Shown: piece by piece, positions 34,321 to 46,338 of the stretch | How positions within the stretch are numbered: the stretch's first letter is position 1 | Layout: each line of letters opens with the position of its first letter | Assembly: GCA_964019335.1 (NCBI GenBank) | Contig: OZ025706.1 | Coordinates: 248,001 to 312,000, forward strand | Origin: Diplonema japonicum | Lineage: Eukaryota; Protista; Euglenozoa: Diplonemea | Length of the DNA: 64,000 bases | Reading direction: 5' to 3' | The notes under the pieces: model-generated | Databases searched by the model: none | What the model was told of the DNA's origin: nothing | Seen by the model: the letters and a program-made list of their open reading frames with translations, nothing else | Translations under genes and position numbers: made by a program

Positions 34321-35400
34321 CTAGTGGTCATGCCTTTCCTTGCCGCCAAGAACAAGCTTGCAAGGGATCAGCATACCACAAGCATAGCAGTTGCAGCAAG
34401 TGATAGAGCAAGACTTAGAAAACGGCGAACAATGCCAAGGCTTCCCTGTCTCGAAGAACATGTAATCGAGAAGCAGAACAGAGGAGAGAAGCACAGTCTT
34501 CTGCTGAGGCGTAAGAGAAGGGTCCCCGAAGGTCATAGTAAACAAGTCAGCATCTGTCATTATCTCTTTAAGAGCTTGCGAAGCATTCTCCGGCTTCTCT
34601 TTCTTAATAAGCCCAACGTCTTCGTTCTTTCCACGCTGACGGGAGATGGGGAAGGGTTGGTCGCAGCACATTTCAGAGCACCCACCAAAGCAGCATTTTG
34701 GTCCTTCTATGTAAGAAAACGGTATTTCTTGATCAGTAAGATGGACCCCAACGGTGGGTGTAAAGCATCCTGCGCAGCTGGGTTGTTTCGTGTACCCAAG
34801 CAGTGCAGCTTGATTCTTAACATCGCTCCCCATGAAGACGGCTGCTTCTTGCCTGCAACAGTTCAGGACTGACGGGCAGATGGTGTGGCATTTGTACGGT
34901 CTGTCTACCGTCATAACATGGTTCCCGGTCCTTGGGTCGTGAAGGTTCAGAGTTAAACTGTGGTACGGCTTGCAGAGCATCCTGCAGCAGAACCCACTGT
35001 GTTCCTTTGCGTCCAGGACCTTCTGGCCTGTCATCTCGTCGAAGACCTCATAGCGGTTTTGTTGGTTCCAGCAGCATCCTACTGCACTTGCGGCGGCCTC
35101 TGCTTTGTTTACCTTCTCTTTGATGACTAGTTTCTGGCTGCTCCCACACAGTAAAGTCGGGTCGCCCCCCATCGGCGCCCCTCCACCCATGACCTGTTGA
35201 GGTGGTGGTCCCACTGCTGCCGGAGCGCAGGGTGCCCCGGCATTCTGTTGAGCGTATGCGTCTTGTGGAGGATATGCCTGTTGTGGTGGATATGCCTGTT
35301 GAGGTGGGTACGCCTGTTGTGGAGGATACACCTGTTGTGGAGGTGCCTGCGACCCATAGACTTGCTGCTGCTGTCCTGGTTGCAAAGGTACGTTACTCAT
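34321..35400 (-). CDS. Phospholipid scramblase paralog 3 with a (PPQQAY)n N-terminus
   Basis: PLSCR-like Pro/Gln/Tyr-rich N-terminus (18-bp repeats near 35260-35345), 'EHSGFCCRMLC', 'TDADLF', 'LLDYMFFE'. Confidence 0.93.
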   Translation of the reverse strand: MSNVPLQPGQQQQVYGSQAPPQQVYPPQQAYPPQQAYPPQQAYPPQDAYAQQNAGAPCAPAAVGPPPQQVMGGGAPMGGDPTLLCGSSQKLVIKEKVNKAEAAASAVGCCWNQQNRYEVFDEMTGQKVLDAKEHSGFCCRMLCKPYHSLTLNLHDPRTGNHVMTVDRPYKCHTICPSVLNCCRQEAAVFMGSDVKNQAALLGYTKQPSCAGCFTPTVGVHLTDQEIPFSYIEGPKCCFGGCSEMCCDQPFPISRQRGKNEDVGLIKKEKPENASQALKEIMTDADLFTMTFGDPSLTPQQKTVLLSSVLLLDYMFFETGKPWHCSPFSKSCSITCCNCYACGMLIPCKLVLGGKERHDH

Positions 35401-35650
35401 TTTCTTTTATTTTTTTTTTTTGCTTTTTTCTTTTAACTTGTGTGTGTGTGTGTGTGTTGTCCAAAAAAAAAAAAAGAAAGAAAGAAAGAAAGAAATAAAT
35501 AAAAAATACGGGTGTTCCTAAACGTAAAGGGAGAGAGAACAAGAAGAAAGAGAAAAGAAGAAGAAAAAAACACAAAAGAAAAACAATTGGAAAGTACGAA
35601 GGGGGGGAAAAAAAAAAAAAAGGGAAATGGGGGCAGGAGACTGCACTCCG

Positions 35651-35682
<32 letters not shown>

Positions 35683-36282
35683 GCATCTTTCGTCCGGCTT
35701 TTACAGTTCCGTGACAATAAAAGGGGGCTAGCAATCCCACCCTTTGTAAGGGGCTTCTTTCTGGCTTTTTTTTAAATTTTTTTTATTTTTTTAAGTTTGG
35801 TGCCGGCCCAATTTCGTTAGCCAGCATGAGTAGTTAGAAAGAGAAGAAGAAAGAAAAAGCAAAGAGGGCAAGTCCCTCGGTTAGGGGGGGGGGAAGAAAA
35901 AAGAGAGGGGGGGAAAAAAAAGACTTCCTTTTATGACTTATGCTTGTAGTCCCTCGCTCAGAAAAGTTTCTTAAAAGAAAAACGCCGCTACTTTCATAAG
36001 CTAATCAAAAATCTTTTTTTTTATTTTCTCTTTTTTTCGTTTTTGAAAGATAAATACTGTAAGAATGAAATAGTGCGGGACCCGAGTTTTTTTTTTTTTT
36101 TTTTTTTTTCCGGCGTCCGGGGGCTTGTCAGGCCGGACCAATATCTGTCCGGGGGCATTTCTTTTGAAGACGATGACCTAAACCCGACATTCTTTTTTTT
36201 TTTCACTTTACAGTATTCGTACAAAAAAAAAAGGGAGGGGTGGTTCTGGCCCAGTACCGCCATTTTGTTGTTACGCGGCAAA

Positions 36283-36460
36283 GGCGTCGTATCCGTAATG
36301 CGTGCGGTGTGCAATTCAACCCCAGCCGGGGCGTCCCGGGGGTAACCAAGATTCCGCGCTCGTGCAGTTTGCTGAGCATCTGCAATACGTTCTTTGAAGT
36401 GGAGGTCAACAGCGAACAACACATCTGGTGTACTTCATATATTTCCATGTTATCCCCACC
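36283..36460. repeat. Dispersed repeat B, copy 2
   Basis: Shares TAATGCGTGCGGTGTGC, GCCGGGGCGTCCCGGG and GGAGGTCAACAGCGAACAACACATCTG..TATTTCCATGTTATCCCCACC with 32362-32574. Confidence 0.92.
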
Positions 36461-37485
36461 ACCTCAAAAAAAAAAAAAAAGAAGAAGAAGAAAAAAAAAA
36501 AAAAACACGTGGCCAAAATCCCCCCTCCATTTTGCCAAAGACAAAAAATCTCTGTGAGATGGGGGCGGAGGGGGGGGGCTTAACCCAAACAGGCTTATCT
36601 ATGTTCTTTCTGAATTTTCCTTTCTTTTTTTTTTAAAATTGTAATTGGTGTCTGATATTTCATTCCGTGAAGCTTACTTTTTTTTTTCCTTTTTTTTTCT
36701 AATTGAAATAGGGGGGGGGGGGGGGGGGACCTGCTTCCAAACAAAGGATACAGTATGGGGAGCTCTTTCATATTTTAAAAAGATTTTGTCACTTTATCTA
36801 TCCGTTGATTGAAACTTCCCCCCATGGAATAAAAAAAAAAAAAAAAGGGAGGAGGGCAATTTAATTTCTTTTTTTTTTGTGCGCAGCCAGAGGGTTAAAC
36901 AAATCACTTTTTGAAACAAAAAAAAGGGGGGGGGACGGAGTCGATCAATGTGCCTCACGGTAAAGGCGCCATTGGTTTGGAACGGTCGGTTGCCTTTCAA
37001 CCTCGCCCCCCTCTACCCCTTCTCCATGGGCTAGCAAAAAGCATTGTTTTCTTTTACTTGTCCTAAGGCTTCCTTTAATGTATAAAAAGAAAATTGCCGG
37101 TAGGGGGGGGGGGGGGGGTGATACATGATGCTCACAACTATTTTTTTTTTTCTTCATTCAAAAAAAAAGCTTCTTTTTTTTTTAAAGGCATGTCACCGAC
37201 CGAGCTGAGCTTTAAAAAAAAAAAAAAAAAATCGAAGTGTACAAACCCGGTCTATACACACAAACCCAACCGAAACATAATAACCACAGTACTTGGGGGA
37301 AAGTAGAGGGAAAGATGGGGGGGGGGGGGGAACAAGAAAAAAAATAAATAACATAGCCTGCACGTTATAACGCAAGCATAACGTTATCAAAATTGATATT
37401 TTAAACGTGCAGGCTATGAAATAAATAAAACAAAACAAAAAAAAAAAATCGTAACAAAAAAAGAAAAAAAAAAAACCCCCTTCCT

Positions 37486-39732
37486 TCACTCCGCAACAGT
37501 TGAAGCGTTGGGGTCAACGTTGATAACATTCCCCCCGGTCCCCCACACGGCCGATGAATCGATGGTGGGGCTCTCGTACCCAGGCGACGACGGTGCTAAG
37601 ATACCCGCCTCCTCAGGCTTGACATAAGAAACGTGAGTAATTTCCGCGCGTAAAAATGGAGCGATGTGTTGCCCGTCGAACCGAGCCACCTTGCGCATGA
37701 ACGCTTTGCTTTTTTTTTTCTCTGTGGCCTCACGGAGCTTCTGGTAGTCCGGATCGTCCGAGTTCATGGGGACAAGTGCAATCTCCTTGTCAGGAACTTC
37801 TTCAGGAGCAGTTAGCTCCAGACGGCTTAAGATGAACTCTGTGAACGCACCCATAATGAGAACAGTGATAATAACCATTACGAGTGTGGTTGATACAAAT
37901 ACACGGGCGATGTTTTCTGAAATGTTTTTGTCGGGGTGATCTCCGTTGTTCTTCTCGGCGGCGGTTAGAGTGAGTAATGCCAACCCGAACGCGATGGCGC
38001 CGCGAAGCCCGGAGAACCACATGAAAAACTGCATTTTTCCGGTGACTTTTTGCTGTTTTCTGTTACGGTTTGCCAGCGCTGACAATGGGAAAATATTCAC
38101 AGCCCTCGCCACGAGCATGGCCACGTACACCATCGCGATGAAACCAACATTCCATTCGTGCTTGCTGTCCCAAAACGCCTCGCCCAGCAGGATGAACACG
38201 TACGTCTCCGCAAGATGCGCCAACGTCTTGAAAATAAAAACAGCCGCTTCCCTCGCCTCCTGACTGAGATTCCACATCGCATGGTAGCCTTCAATCCTCG
38301 CACAAATGAACAAACTCATAATTCCAGATAAGTGGAAGGTCTCCGCAAGGTAGTACGACCCCATCGCAAAAGCACCCAACATGATGATCTCAATGGCAGG
38401 ATGGTGCCTGCGGTGTTTTTTTTTTTTTTTTTTTTTTTTTTTCTTGCCATACTTGAAATCTACGTGCTTCAACAACAGTGCGCATAGAGCGCCGTAAACC
38501 CATCCCAAGATACAAGATGCCACGCTGATAAAGGTGAACGACCAAAGCTAATTTTTTTTTTTTTTTTATAAAAGTTTTTTCTTTATATATCACACCGCCA
38601 ATGCAAGCTGCTTCGGGTTCATCTCCACATCAACGAATTTTATCATCACACGGTAAAGCACAATGGAGACCGCGTCGTTCAGCACAGCCTCGCCGAAAAC
38701 AAGATTATACAGTAAAGGGGGGCTCGACAGGTCGAATTTCTGACCCAGCACAGCGATCACAGCGACCGGGTCTACAGCAGATAGCAGTGCACCGAACGCC
38801 ATCGAGATAAAAGGCGCACCAGGGTGATCTGCAAGCTCTGGAAAAACAAGCTGTGAAATGAAGTAAACAAGCACGCCGATGATAAGCGAGGAGATAAGCG
38901 TTCCAAATACAGCGTAGAGCAAGATTGTACCGAGGTTCTTCATGACACCTTTGTGCTCCAAGGTGAACCCAGCTTCAAAGATGATAGGGGGGAGGATGAA
39001 CAGCGAGAATATCTCCTCGTCGAACGCAATTAAACGCTCCGTTTTATGTCCCGAAATTTCTTGAATAGCCCACAGGACTGCACCTATTAAAACTCCCACG
39101 ATAATTACACCGCCTGACTCAGATAGCCCGGACCAGTTGAGCTTCTGTACAGCCCGGACTCCTACAAAAGCACAGATTATGACAGTAGTGAGAATGTAGA
39201 ATTCAAGTGGTGATTCCTCTTCGCAACCTTCGGGTTTCGGAAGACACATATTGTCTTCCCACTTGCATTCGTCTTCCTCGTGGCATTCCGGTTCCTTTAT
39301 CCCATAGCAGTGAACCGGTGACTTGCATTCTTGTTTCTCCCATTTACAGTGTGCCTGGTAACATATTGATTTGTTTAGGCCGCGGCAGGGGTCGAGCAGA
39401 GTTCCATTGAGCACGCAGAGGTGAACATCTGTTTCTTCCTCCCACACGCAGCGGGGGTCGACTTCGCAATCGTCTTTTAGAAGCTTACCGCAAACGCTTT
39501 CTCCGGTTTCGCAGCCTTTTACGTTCCAGGTGCACCCTAGGTCACCGATGCAGGTTTTTACTTCTTTGTGTCGCTCGCATCCTTCCTCTGTTTCGGCGCA
39601 TGATTTCGTTACTTCATTCCAGGAGCAGGTCAGACATGTCTTTTCATCCAAAACTGTACAGTTGCCTTCAGACGGGGTTGATCCCCATACTGAATTGATC
39701 ATTACCATCAATATTATGCATTGTCCTGACAT
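37486..39732 (-). CDS. Na+/H+ exchanger (CPA1/NHE) with signal peptide and Cys-Trp-rich extracellular repeats
   Basis: 'FILPPIIFEAGF', 'SAVDPVAV', 'VFGEAVLNDAVSIVL', 'LSGIMSLF', 'WFSGLRGAIAFGL'. Introns 38548-38595, 38408-38452. Confidence 0.95.
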
Positions 39733-39804
39733 TTTTTTTTTTTGGTCCTTGAAGAAGGGGGTGGGGGGGGGGATTTTTTTTGTTGGGGTGGAGTGGGAAA
39801 GTTA

Positions 39805-40035
39805 TTAGCACGAGTCGGCAAAACCCTTCTGCGCCTTTTTCAGAACCCGCGCGTTCTCCCCGGATTCTTTCACGATTAGCGCCGTTGCCGCCTCGGTTTC
39901 TTCTTCCATTAGATTGGTTCTGCGTCCTTGTTCGGAGATGCTGTTTAACCCTTGCAAGATCAAAGACATAGTGTCAAGGGAGCAAATCTCTATAGCTGAT
40001 CGAGACTTAGCCTCGTGACGAGAAATATTGTCCAT
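39805..40035 (-). CDS. Small hypothetical protein (76 aa), possibly with an additional upstream exon
   Basis: Balanced-composition ORF free of homopolymers, same strand as its neighbours, ending 73 nt before the NHE start; no motif recognised. Confidence 0.45.
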   Translation of the reverse strand: MDNISRHEAKSRSAIEICSLDTMSLILQGLNSISEQGRRTNLMEEETEAATALIVKESGENARVLKKAQKGFADSC

Positions 40036-40383
40036 GAGTGTAAACTGTTCCCCCCTTTTTTTTTCTTTCGATTTCCTTTCTTTTTGTTCACATTCTCCAT
40101 AGAGGCCGTTTAGAGGACGTGGCCGACCACGAAAAAAAAAAGTAGCCTTGGGGGGGGCTTTCTTTTTCGTATAATAATACTGAATGTAGAAAAGAAAAAA
40201 AAAAAAAAAAAAAAAAAAAAAAACGGAGACATTAAATATGTGACACAGCGGGCCCCCTGGTTTCCCAAGTCCCCTGTTGTCCCGTAGAAAGTAAAAGTGG
40301 AGCGGGTAAAGAAAACCAAAGCCCTTTACTTTCTATGTGCTTGGATATACCCGTACTAGACTTTAAGTAGCTCGGAGGTAAAT

Positions 40384-40422
<39 letters not shown>

Positions 40423-41253
40423 GTTTTAGTTCTAGTCAGAAGAAGCCAGAACCAATGGAAGAAACGTTATGGGTTTAAGAAGTGAGAACCAATGGAATGG
40501 GCATTTCGTCACGGTGATCGCCCCTGTCGTCGGCCGTTAAAACAGAGTTAACTTATTATACACCGCAATGCGGTTTCAACACTTCCTTTTTTTTAGTTCT
40601 TGGCAATATGACAGAAAATAGCCTATGTCGTTTTCGTTCCCGTCCTCTCCTTCATTCGGGTAAACCTACAGCACGCTGCCTTCTTGTAAAGGCCTCCCCA
40701 TCTCCTTCCCCGACATCCACGAATCCTGTGTATCATGCATGGCTATCTTCATGTTTTTTTTTTTTTTTTTTTTTTTTTTTCCCGTTTTTATTCACCCCCT
40801 CCTTTGCCTTTTTTTCCCCCCGTTGTCTTGGGGAATTAAAGAAAGGAAAAAAAAAAGGGGGGAAGAAGAAAAAAAAAAAAAAAAAAAAAAAAAGAAAAAA
40901 AAACAGTTTTTCTTTTTTTTCCTTTCCTCTTTTTCCCTCCATTATTTTCTTTCATCTAACCATTAGCCTAATAACGGTCGCGCTTTTCTTTTTTAAAAGA
41001 AAGGCACAGGGGAGTGTGGGAGGGGGGAAAGGGAACAGAGGGGAGGAGGGAAGGGGGACAAGCGGGGGGGGGGGGGGGGGGATATAAGTTCTCGGTGTTT
41101 CTTTAAAGCGAAATTTCCCGTTCATCATTGAAGAAAAAAAAAAGGAGGGAGAGCTAATCAGAAATGGAGAACAAAAATAAAAAAAACATAAATACAACAA
41201 TTCTTTTTTTTTTTCCCTTCTTCTTTTTTGGGATGAGGGGGGTTACTCTAAAT

Positions 41254-43826
41254 TTACACAGACCGCCCAACAGGCGGCCCCGCATAGATACACTTTATAT
41301 TTTCAGTAGAGTATACAGTCTGTGTGTTGGTAAGATAACGAAATGGTTTATTATTTTTTTTTTTTTTCCAAACCTCTATAGTCTTTGTGGGCTTTGACTT
41401 CCTCTTTACAGCTCTTTGTTTCGGAGTTTGCACTGGGATCGCAGTATCAACCTAATTAAAAAAAAAAAATAATAATAAAAATAATAAATCCCCCTCCATA
41501 CTAAGAAGGTCCTGCTCTTCACGTTTGAGGCAGCATGCTGTGCTGCTGTTGGGGTCACTGGCTTCTTTCCTGCTCTGGGTGTTGTTGACCCCCCGGTTGC
41601 CTTCTTTGACAGCCTCGGTACAAGCGGCTTCTTCAGTTTCACAGGTTCGTATACCAAACCTGTTGCGGTAGGCATCGGGGCTGTAACGGCTGTGATCGTG
41701 GGTGTGGCAGGCTTCTTCCCTGTCTTTGGCCTCGCTACTTGCACAGGTGGCGTAGGGGGTGGTGGTGCCCCCACCGCCACCTTCTCTATGCCCAGCACCG
41801 GCTGCATCCTGTCGGCGATGTGTCGCCCCACACAGACCCCCGATGCCAGCTGCATGCTGTGCGCCCCTGACGGGAACTCCCTCTTTGGCGACATGTAAGG
41901 ACGCTGCACCTCCGGCACCACCAACGGCACTGTGCTGGGCAGATGCTCCTCTTGCACGGCAACCGGCACCGCAGGAACACTATAAGGTGTCACCACTGGG
42001 CTATACGGTGTCGTTTCGGGGAGAACATTAGGCGTGCGCCCTACCACAGAACGCGGGGACACCGCCTGCGGCAAGCTGCACGGCGTGATCTGCACGACCT
42101 GAGGCTGCGGCTCAGGGATCTCGGCAGGCACGGGCTCGGGGGAGTACGTGGCCTCGGGAAGGCTGGTTACTTCTTGCGGGGCATAACGCACTTCTTCCAC
42201 AGGAACTGGTGCACCTTGCATCGGGGCAGCCACACCCGGTGAGGAGGGCACTGCTGACATGGGAGTATCATAGTAATAAGCACGCAGCGCTGCTGGTGAC
42301 GTGGGGACTACGGGCGACGAAGGTACAAGCGAAACAGGAGTGACCTGCTGAACATATGGTGCTGGTGGCGACGCTGGAGATACAGGTGCTTCACCGCGAA
42401 CGGGGGCTGGCTGCGACTGGTCTGCGGCCACAACATCCCTAACCATGGCAGATTGCGCCTGCAGTGGGACCTGCAGCTCCCAGAGGGCTGCACTGGTAGC
42501 AGACGGCGACGTAGGCGTCATAGAGCAGGGCGTGGGACGAAGGGGGTCCGCATCGCCAACAACGGGGGCTGGCTGCGACTGGTCTGCCACAACATCCCTA
42601 GTTATGAGAGATTGCACATGGGGCAAGGGGTCAACAGTTGATGCAGTTGCAGATACAGGAACAGGCACGAAAGACATCTCGGGAGGGACTACGCCCTCTG
42701 GCTGCGACATCACTGACTGCGGCGTGGAGCTCACAGGAACAGGACTGGGTGCAGCAAGCTCCGCTAGTTCAACTGATGCAGTACTAGGGGGCGGCAGTTC
42801 CTCCACACGAAGAAACTGATCATCCTTTAAAGCACGGAAGCAATCGATATTCGGAGCAGCTTGAGGCGGAGGAAGAGCAGATGCAGGCGGCAAGGATGCC
42901 ACAGGAGGGGGCACCACAACTGGCGGAACCTCCATGGTAGGGGGCTGCACGGGCACAGGGGGCGGCAACTCTGCGTAAGACGCCACACAAAACTCGTTGT
43001 GCACGGGTGATAGCTGCGACGGCTCTGGAAGGGATGCGATGGAAGGGGCATGCATGGCCATGACTGGGGAAAATTGGGGTGGAGGCTGCTTGGTCGGGAG
43101 CGGAACACGCAGAGGAGCGGCGGTGACATGGGAGACGGGCTGTGGTGCAGGAGCGGCGGGGGCATGAGCGGGGAAGGAGGGAGGCAGCGCAACGGCACGA
43201 GGGGAGAGCGCGGTAGGAGATGCAATGGAAAAAGGCACGGGCGAAGGCATACTCGCGCCAGCCCCGTGTACCTGGGGCGAGATCATAGAGGCTGGGTTTG
43301 GCTGCTGGTGGTGGAGGCGTTCGAGGAGCGCTTCGGCGTCCTCTCGTGCAGACCGCGCCACCTCAAGGGTGCTGTTCAGAACACACTGGGATGCCTGCGC
43401 ACTAGCTTCCAGCTCCGCTCTTTTGACCTCGCGTTCCCGTAGGAACTCTCTCCCTTCCGGTGATGTGAGCATAGCCCATCCAGGGCCAACCCTGCCCCAT
43501 ACGCTTCCTGTGTTGTCTGGGTAAGTGTCCGTCACGTGCACCACCTCGTTCCTGCGGATTCTGCTGAGCTGCTCGGCTTCAAGGTGCGGTGCTGCACGCA
43601 CGTTGTGCCACTCCCCAGGTGTCACACATTCGTACTCCCTTACTGCCGCCGCTGGCTGTCTTATAGGCGGAGAGGCTGACCGTCTCACCGGACTCGTTTC
43701 CCTGCTCACAGGCCTCTTCCCCATGCAAGCAGTCAGCCACATGCTGTACACATCGTCGTAGGCACTTCCTGAAGCCTGTCGGTGTTGCGGTGCTGGAAGC
43801 TGGCCTGGAGGCGGCAGCCCATCCAT
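41254..43826 (-). CDS. Proline-rich protein with an N-terminal SH3b-like domain
   Basis: 'WHNVRAAPHLEAEQLSRIRRNEVVHV..VWGRVGPGWAML'; long Pro/Ala/Val region with an internal duplication (RDVV.ADQSQPAPV). 3' introns 41452-41501, 41320-41373. Confidence 0.75.
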
Positions 43827-44021
43827 CTTGCCCTGAGATTACATGGAAACAACTTTTCAGAAAAAATCAATTTCAATGAAGTACAAAAGATTTAAAAGAG
43901 GGGGGGGGGGGTATCTATTTTTTCCCCTTGCTTTGTTTATGACAATAATAGTATTTTAACACCAAGACAAAAAAAAAAGTGTTTACAAAAAAAAAAAAAA
44001 AAAGAAAGAAATGAAAACAAT

Positions 44022-45884
44022 CTACATTGGATCAGGTTGGAACACCATCTCGCTGTCGGGGCTGTCGTGCTGGGTCAGAAGCGCGGCAAGCGACACCTCC
44101 GGTTGGAAATCAGTATCATCTTCGAAGACAGGCCTGGGAGAGCATTCATAGCTAGGGATGATGCCGATGTCGGAGATGATGGCATCGTCTGTGCGGAGTA
44201 TAGAGAGAGGGCGAAAGGATGCGGGTTCAGGGGTTACCTCGGGGGGCGGTGCCACCACTGCCGGTGGTGTCAGCTGCACCAACAGCAACCTCACAACATC
44301 GAAACAGCCAGAGTGCGCTCCACTGCTGACCTCCACCCGAAGCCGTTGCGCTTCAGTGCACAGATTCAGCGTCAGCTCGGTCGTCTCCAACATGACAACA
44401 GCAACGCCCTTCTCGTATTCCAAAACCCCTTCCTCATCCTCGCTTTTAAACCTCCCCTCCTCTATCTTAAACTTAAACAGTGGGTCGTCCGAACCCCACA
44501 CACCCTCGTATCGTTCCTTCTCCTCCTCTGTAACGATGTCGTCCTCTTCAATGACAGCTTCTAACTCAATCGCTTCGAAGTGATGAGGGGGTTCCTGCAG
44601 CACAGGTGTCATCCTCACCAACGGGTTGTTTGGAGGGCTGTCTACGACCGACTGTGTTGACAGAGACGTGGGTGCTCTTCTGGGTATGGATATTGAAACG
44701 TGTTCTGGGCGGAGCAATGTGGGCTCTCTTGCTGGGGATGGGGTGGCTTTATGCGACTCTGCGTGGATAGAGATGAACTCTTGTTTGGTAACCATGAGAG
44801 GTGAAAGGCTGTGCTGGACTCCTTTGTCAGCGACTTCGAAGTACGAGGAGGTAACCGACTCGTTGGCTTCCGTCGCCGTCTCTGTGGCCATGTGCTCGCG
44901 TCCGTCCATCCTACCGATGGATAAAGTATGCTTCAGGCTGGGAGGTAGGACGACAGGCGACCCAGGCGACACGATCGTGTTCTGTTTCACAGCCAGCTGT
45001 ACCGTTGGTGGTGACGGTGGTCCGAATGTCATTCCTGTTTGCATATGATGGCTTTTTTTCAACAACCCCGACATGGCCGTCGACTGCCCCAGCGGCGTTG
45101 CGTAGGTCGCCCACTTCGGCGGTGCTTCCTTCATGATGCATCTCCACTTCTCCGCAACCTTCGACTTCGCTTTCCGCATGGGGTCTAGTTCACATAGAAG
45201 CCCCCACAGAACGCTTAGAACCCCGCAGGCGGCAATGGTTGCACCCCTCGCTACGTCCATGTACAGCAACGGGGAGGCAAGGGATATGCTCCACAGAACA
45301 ATGATGCATCGCATGAGGTTTAAAGGGAGTTGTGAGTGTGTTGAGGTGTAGGATATTATAAGCTCTAGATCTTGTCTGAGTAGTGCTACAAGGCTGTGGA
45401 CAGCAGCATTCTGAGTGGGGTCGGCGAGGATAAGCCTCCTCGCCAAGATGGACAGAAGTGTTCCCACAGGGTCCTTCGAGGTTCTAAACCACTCTGCGTC
45501 TCCTTTGAAACCCGATCCACGAAGTTCACCAGGGGACGGCTGTACACCCTCTGCCACGGATTCCAAGACACATCTTAGTAAAGAATAGGTAAAGACAGAC
45601 GCTTCCCTTTCTTCGATGCTCGGGACGGTCGAGGCGAGGCAGTATAATTCCTGCGCCGAACCTGCAATTCTGAGCCCTGCATCGTGGAATTTAATCTTCA
45701 GGAGCAGCCTGCTTAAACACCTGAACAGTACTAAGCATATCACCGGCATCCCACAGACGCCCCACACCACTGGGTTCGCTTCAAGCCGGACAGAGTTATT
45801 CCCAATGACAAAGAGCAAGGCCCCTAGACAGGACGTAAAGCATATTACTGTCAGTCGGCAGAAGGCCCCAGTTCTGGGGCACAT
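44022..45884 (-). CDS. Membrane protein, divergent bestrophin/UPF0187-like N-terminal half plus a long low-complexity tail (paralog of 48529-49374)
   Basis: Four TM segments; shares 'AG.RIAGSAQ.L', 'EWF....DP..TLL.IL', 'LLRQD..L' with the 281-aa ORF. The family call is tentative. Confidence 0.65.
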   Translation of the reverse strand: MCPRTGAFCRLTVICFTSCLGALLFVIGNNSVRLEANPVVWGVCGMPVICLVLFRCLSRLLLKIKFHDAGLRIAGSAQELYCLASTVPSIEEREASVFTYSLLRCVLESVAEGVQPSPGELRGSGFKGDAEWFRTSKDPVGTLLSILARRLILADPTQNAAVHSLVALLRQDLELIISYTSTHSQLPLNLMRCIIVLWSISLASPLLYMDVARGATIAACGVLSVLWGLLCELDPMRKAKSKVAEKWRCIMKEAPPKWATYATPLGQSTAMSGLLKKSHHMQTGMTFGPPSPPTVQLAVKQNTIVSPGSPVVLPPSLKHTLSIGRMDGREHMATETATEANESVTSSYFEVADKGVQHSLSPLMVTKQEFISIHAESHKATPSPAREPTLLRPEHVSISIPRRAPTSLSTQSVVDSPPNNPLVRMTPVLQEPPHHFEAIELEAVIEEDDIVTEEEKERYEGVWGSDDPLFKFKIEEGRFKSEDEEGVLEYEKGVAVVMLETTELTLNLCTEAQRLRVEVSSGAHSGCFDVVRLLLVQLTPPAVVAPPPEVTPEPASFRPLSILRTDDAIISDIGIIPSYECSPRPVFEDDTDFQPEVSLAALLTQHDSPDSEMVFQPDPM

Positions 45885-46338
45885 GTGTGAGTGTGTTTTC
45901 CCCCGTTCCTTTTTTTTTTTTTTCTTTTTCTTTTTTGATTTTTCTTTTTGTTGGAAATGAAATCTGAAAGTCGAAGCGCAAGAGGAACTGAGAGCGAGTT
46001 AGATTATTAATAAAGTATTTCTTTTTTCTTTTTCTTTTTTTTTTTCCATGGTGGGACGAAAACACTTGTTATTGTAAGTTATTATGAGGAATAGCGATGT
46101 GCGGTTTAAAAATAAATCTCTTTGAGTTTTCTTTTTTTTTCTTTTTTTTTTTTCTTTTCCTGCAATCGTTGCGCAAATGAAGAATAACTCGCCAAGTGCT
46201 TTTCTTTTTTTTCCCGTTAAAAAACATACATTCTCCTTGTGATTCGTTCCCCACCTTGTTTTTCATTCCCCCTCCTCCATTTTCTTATCTCCTTTCTCAT
46301 ATTTAGAAACTTCTAGAAAAATGATTCAGAGAAATAGA

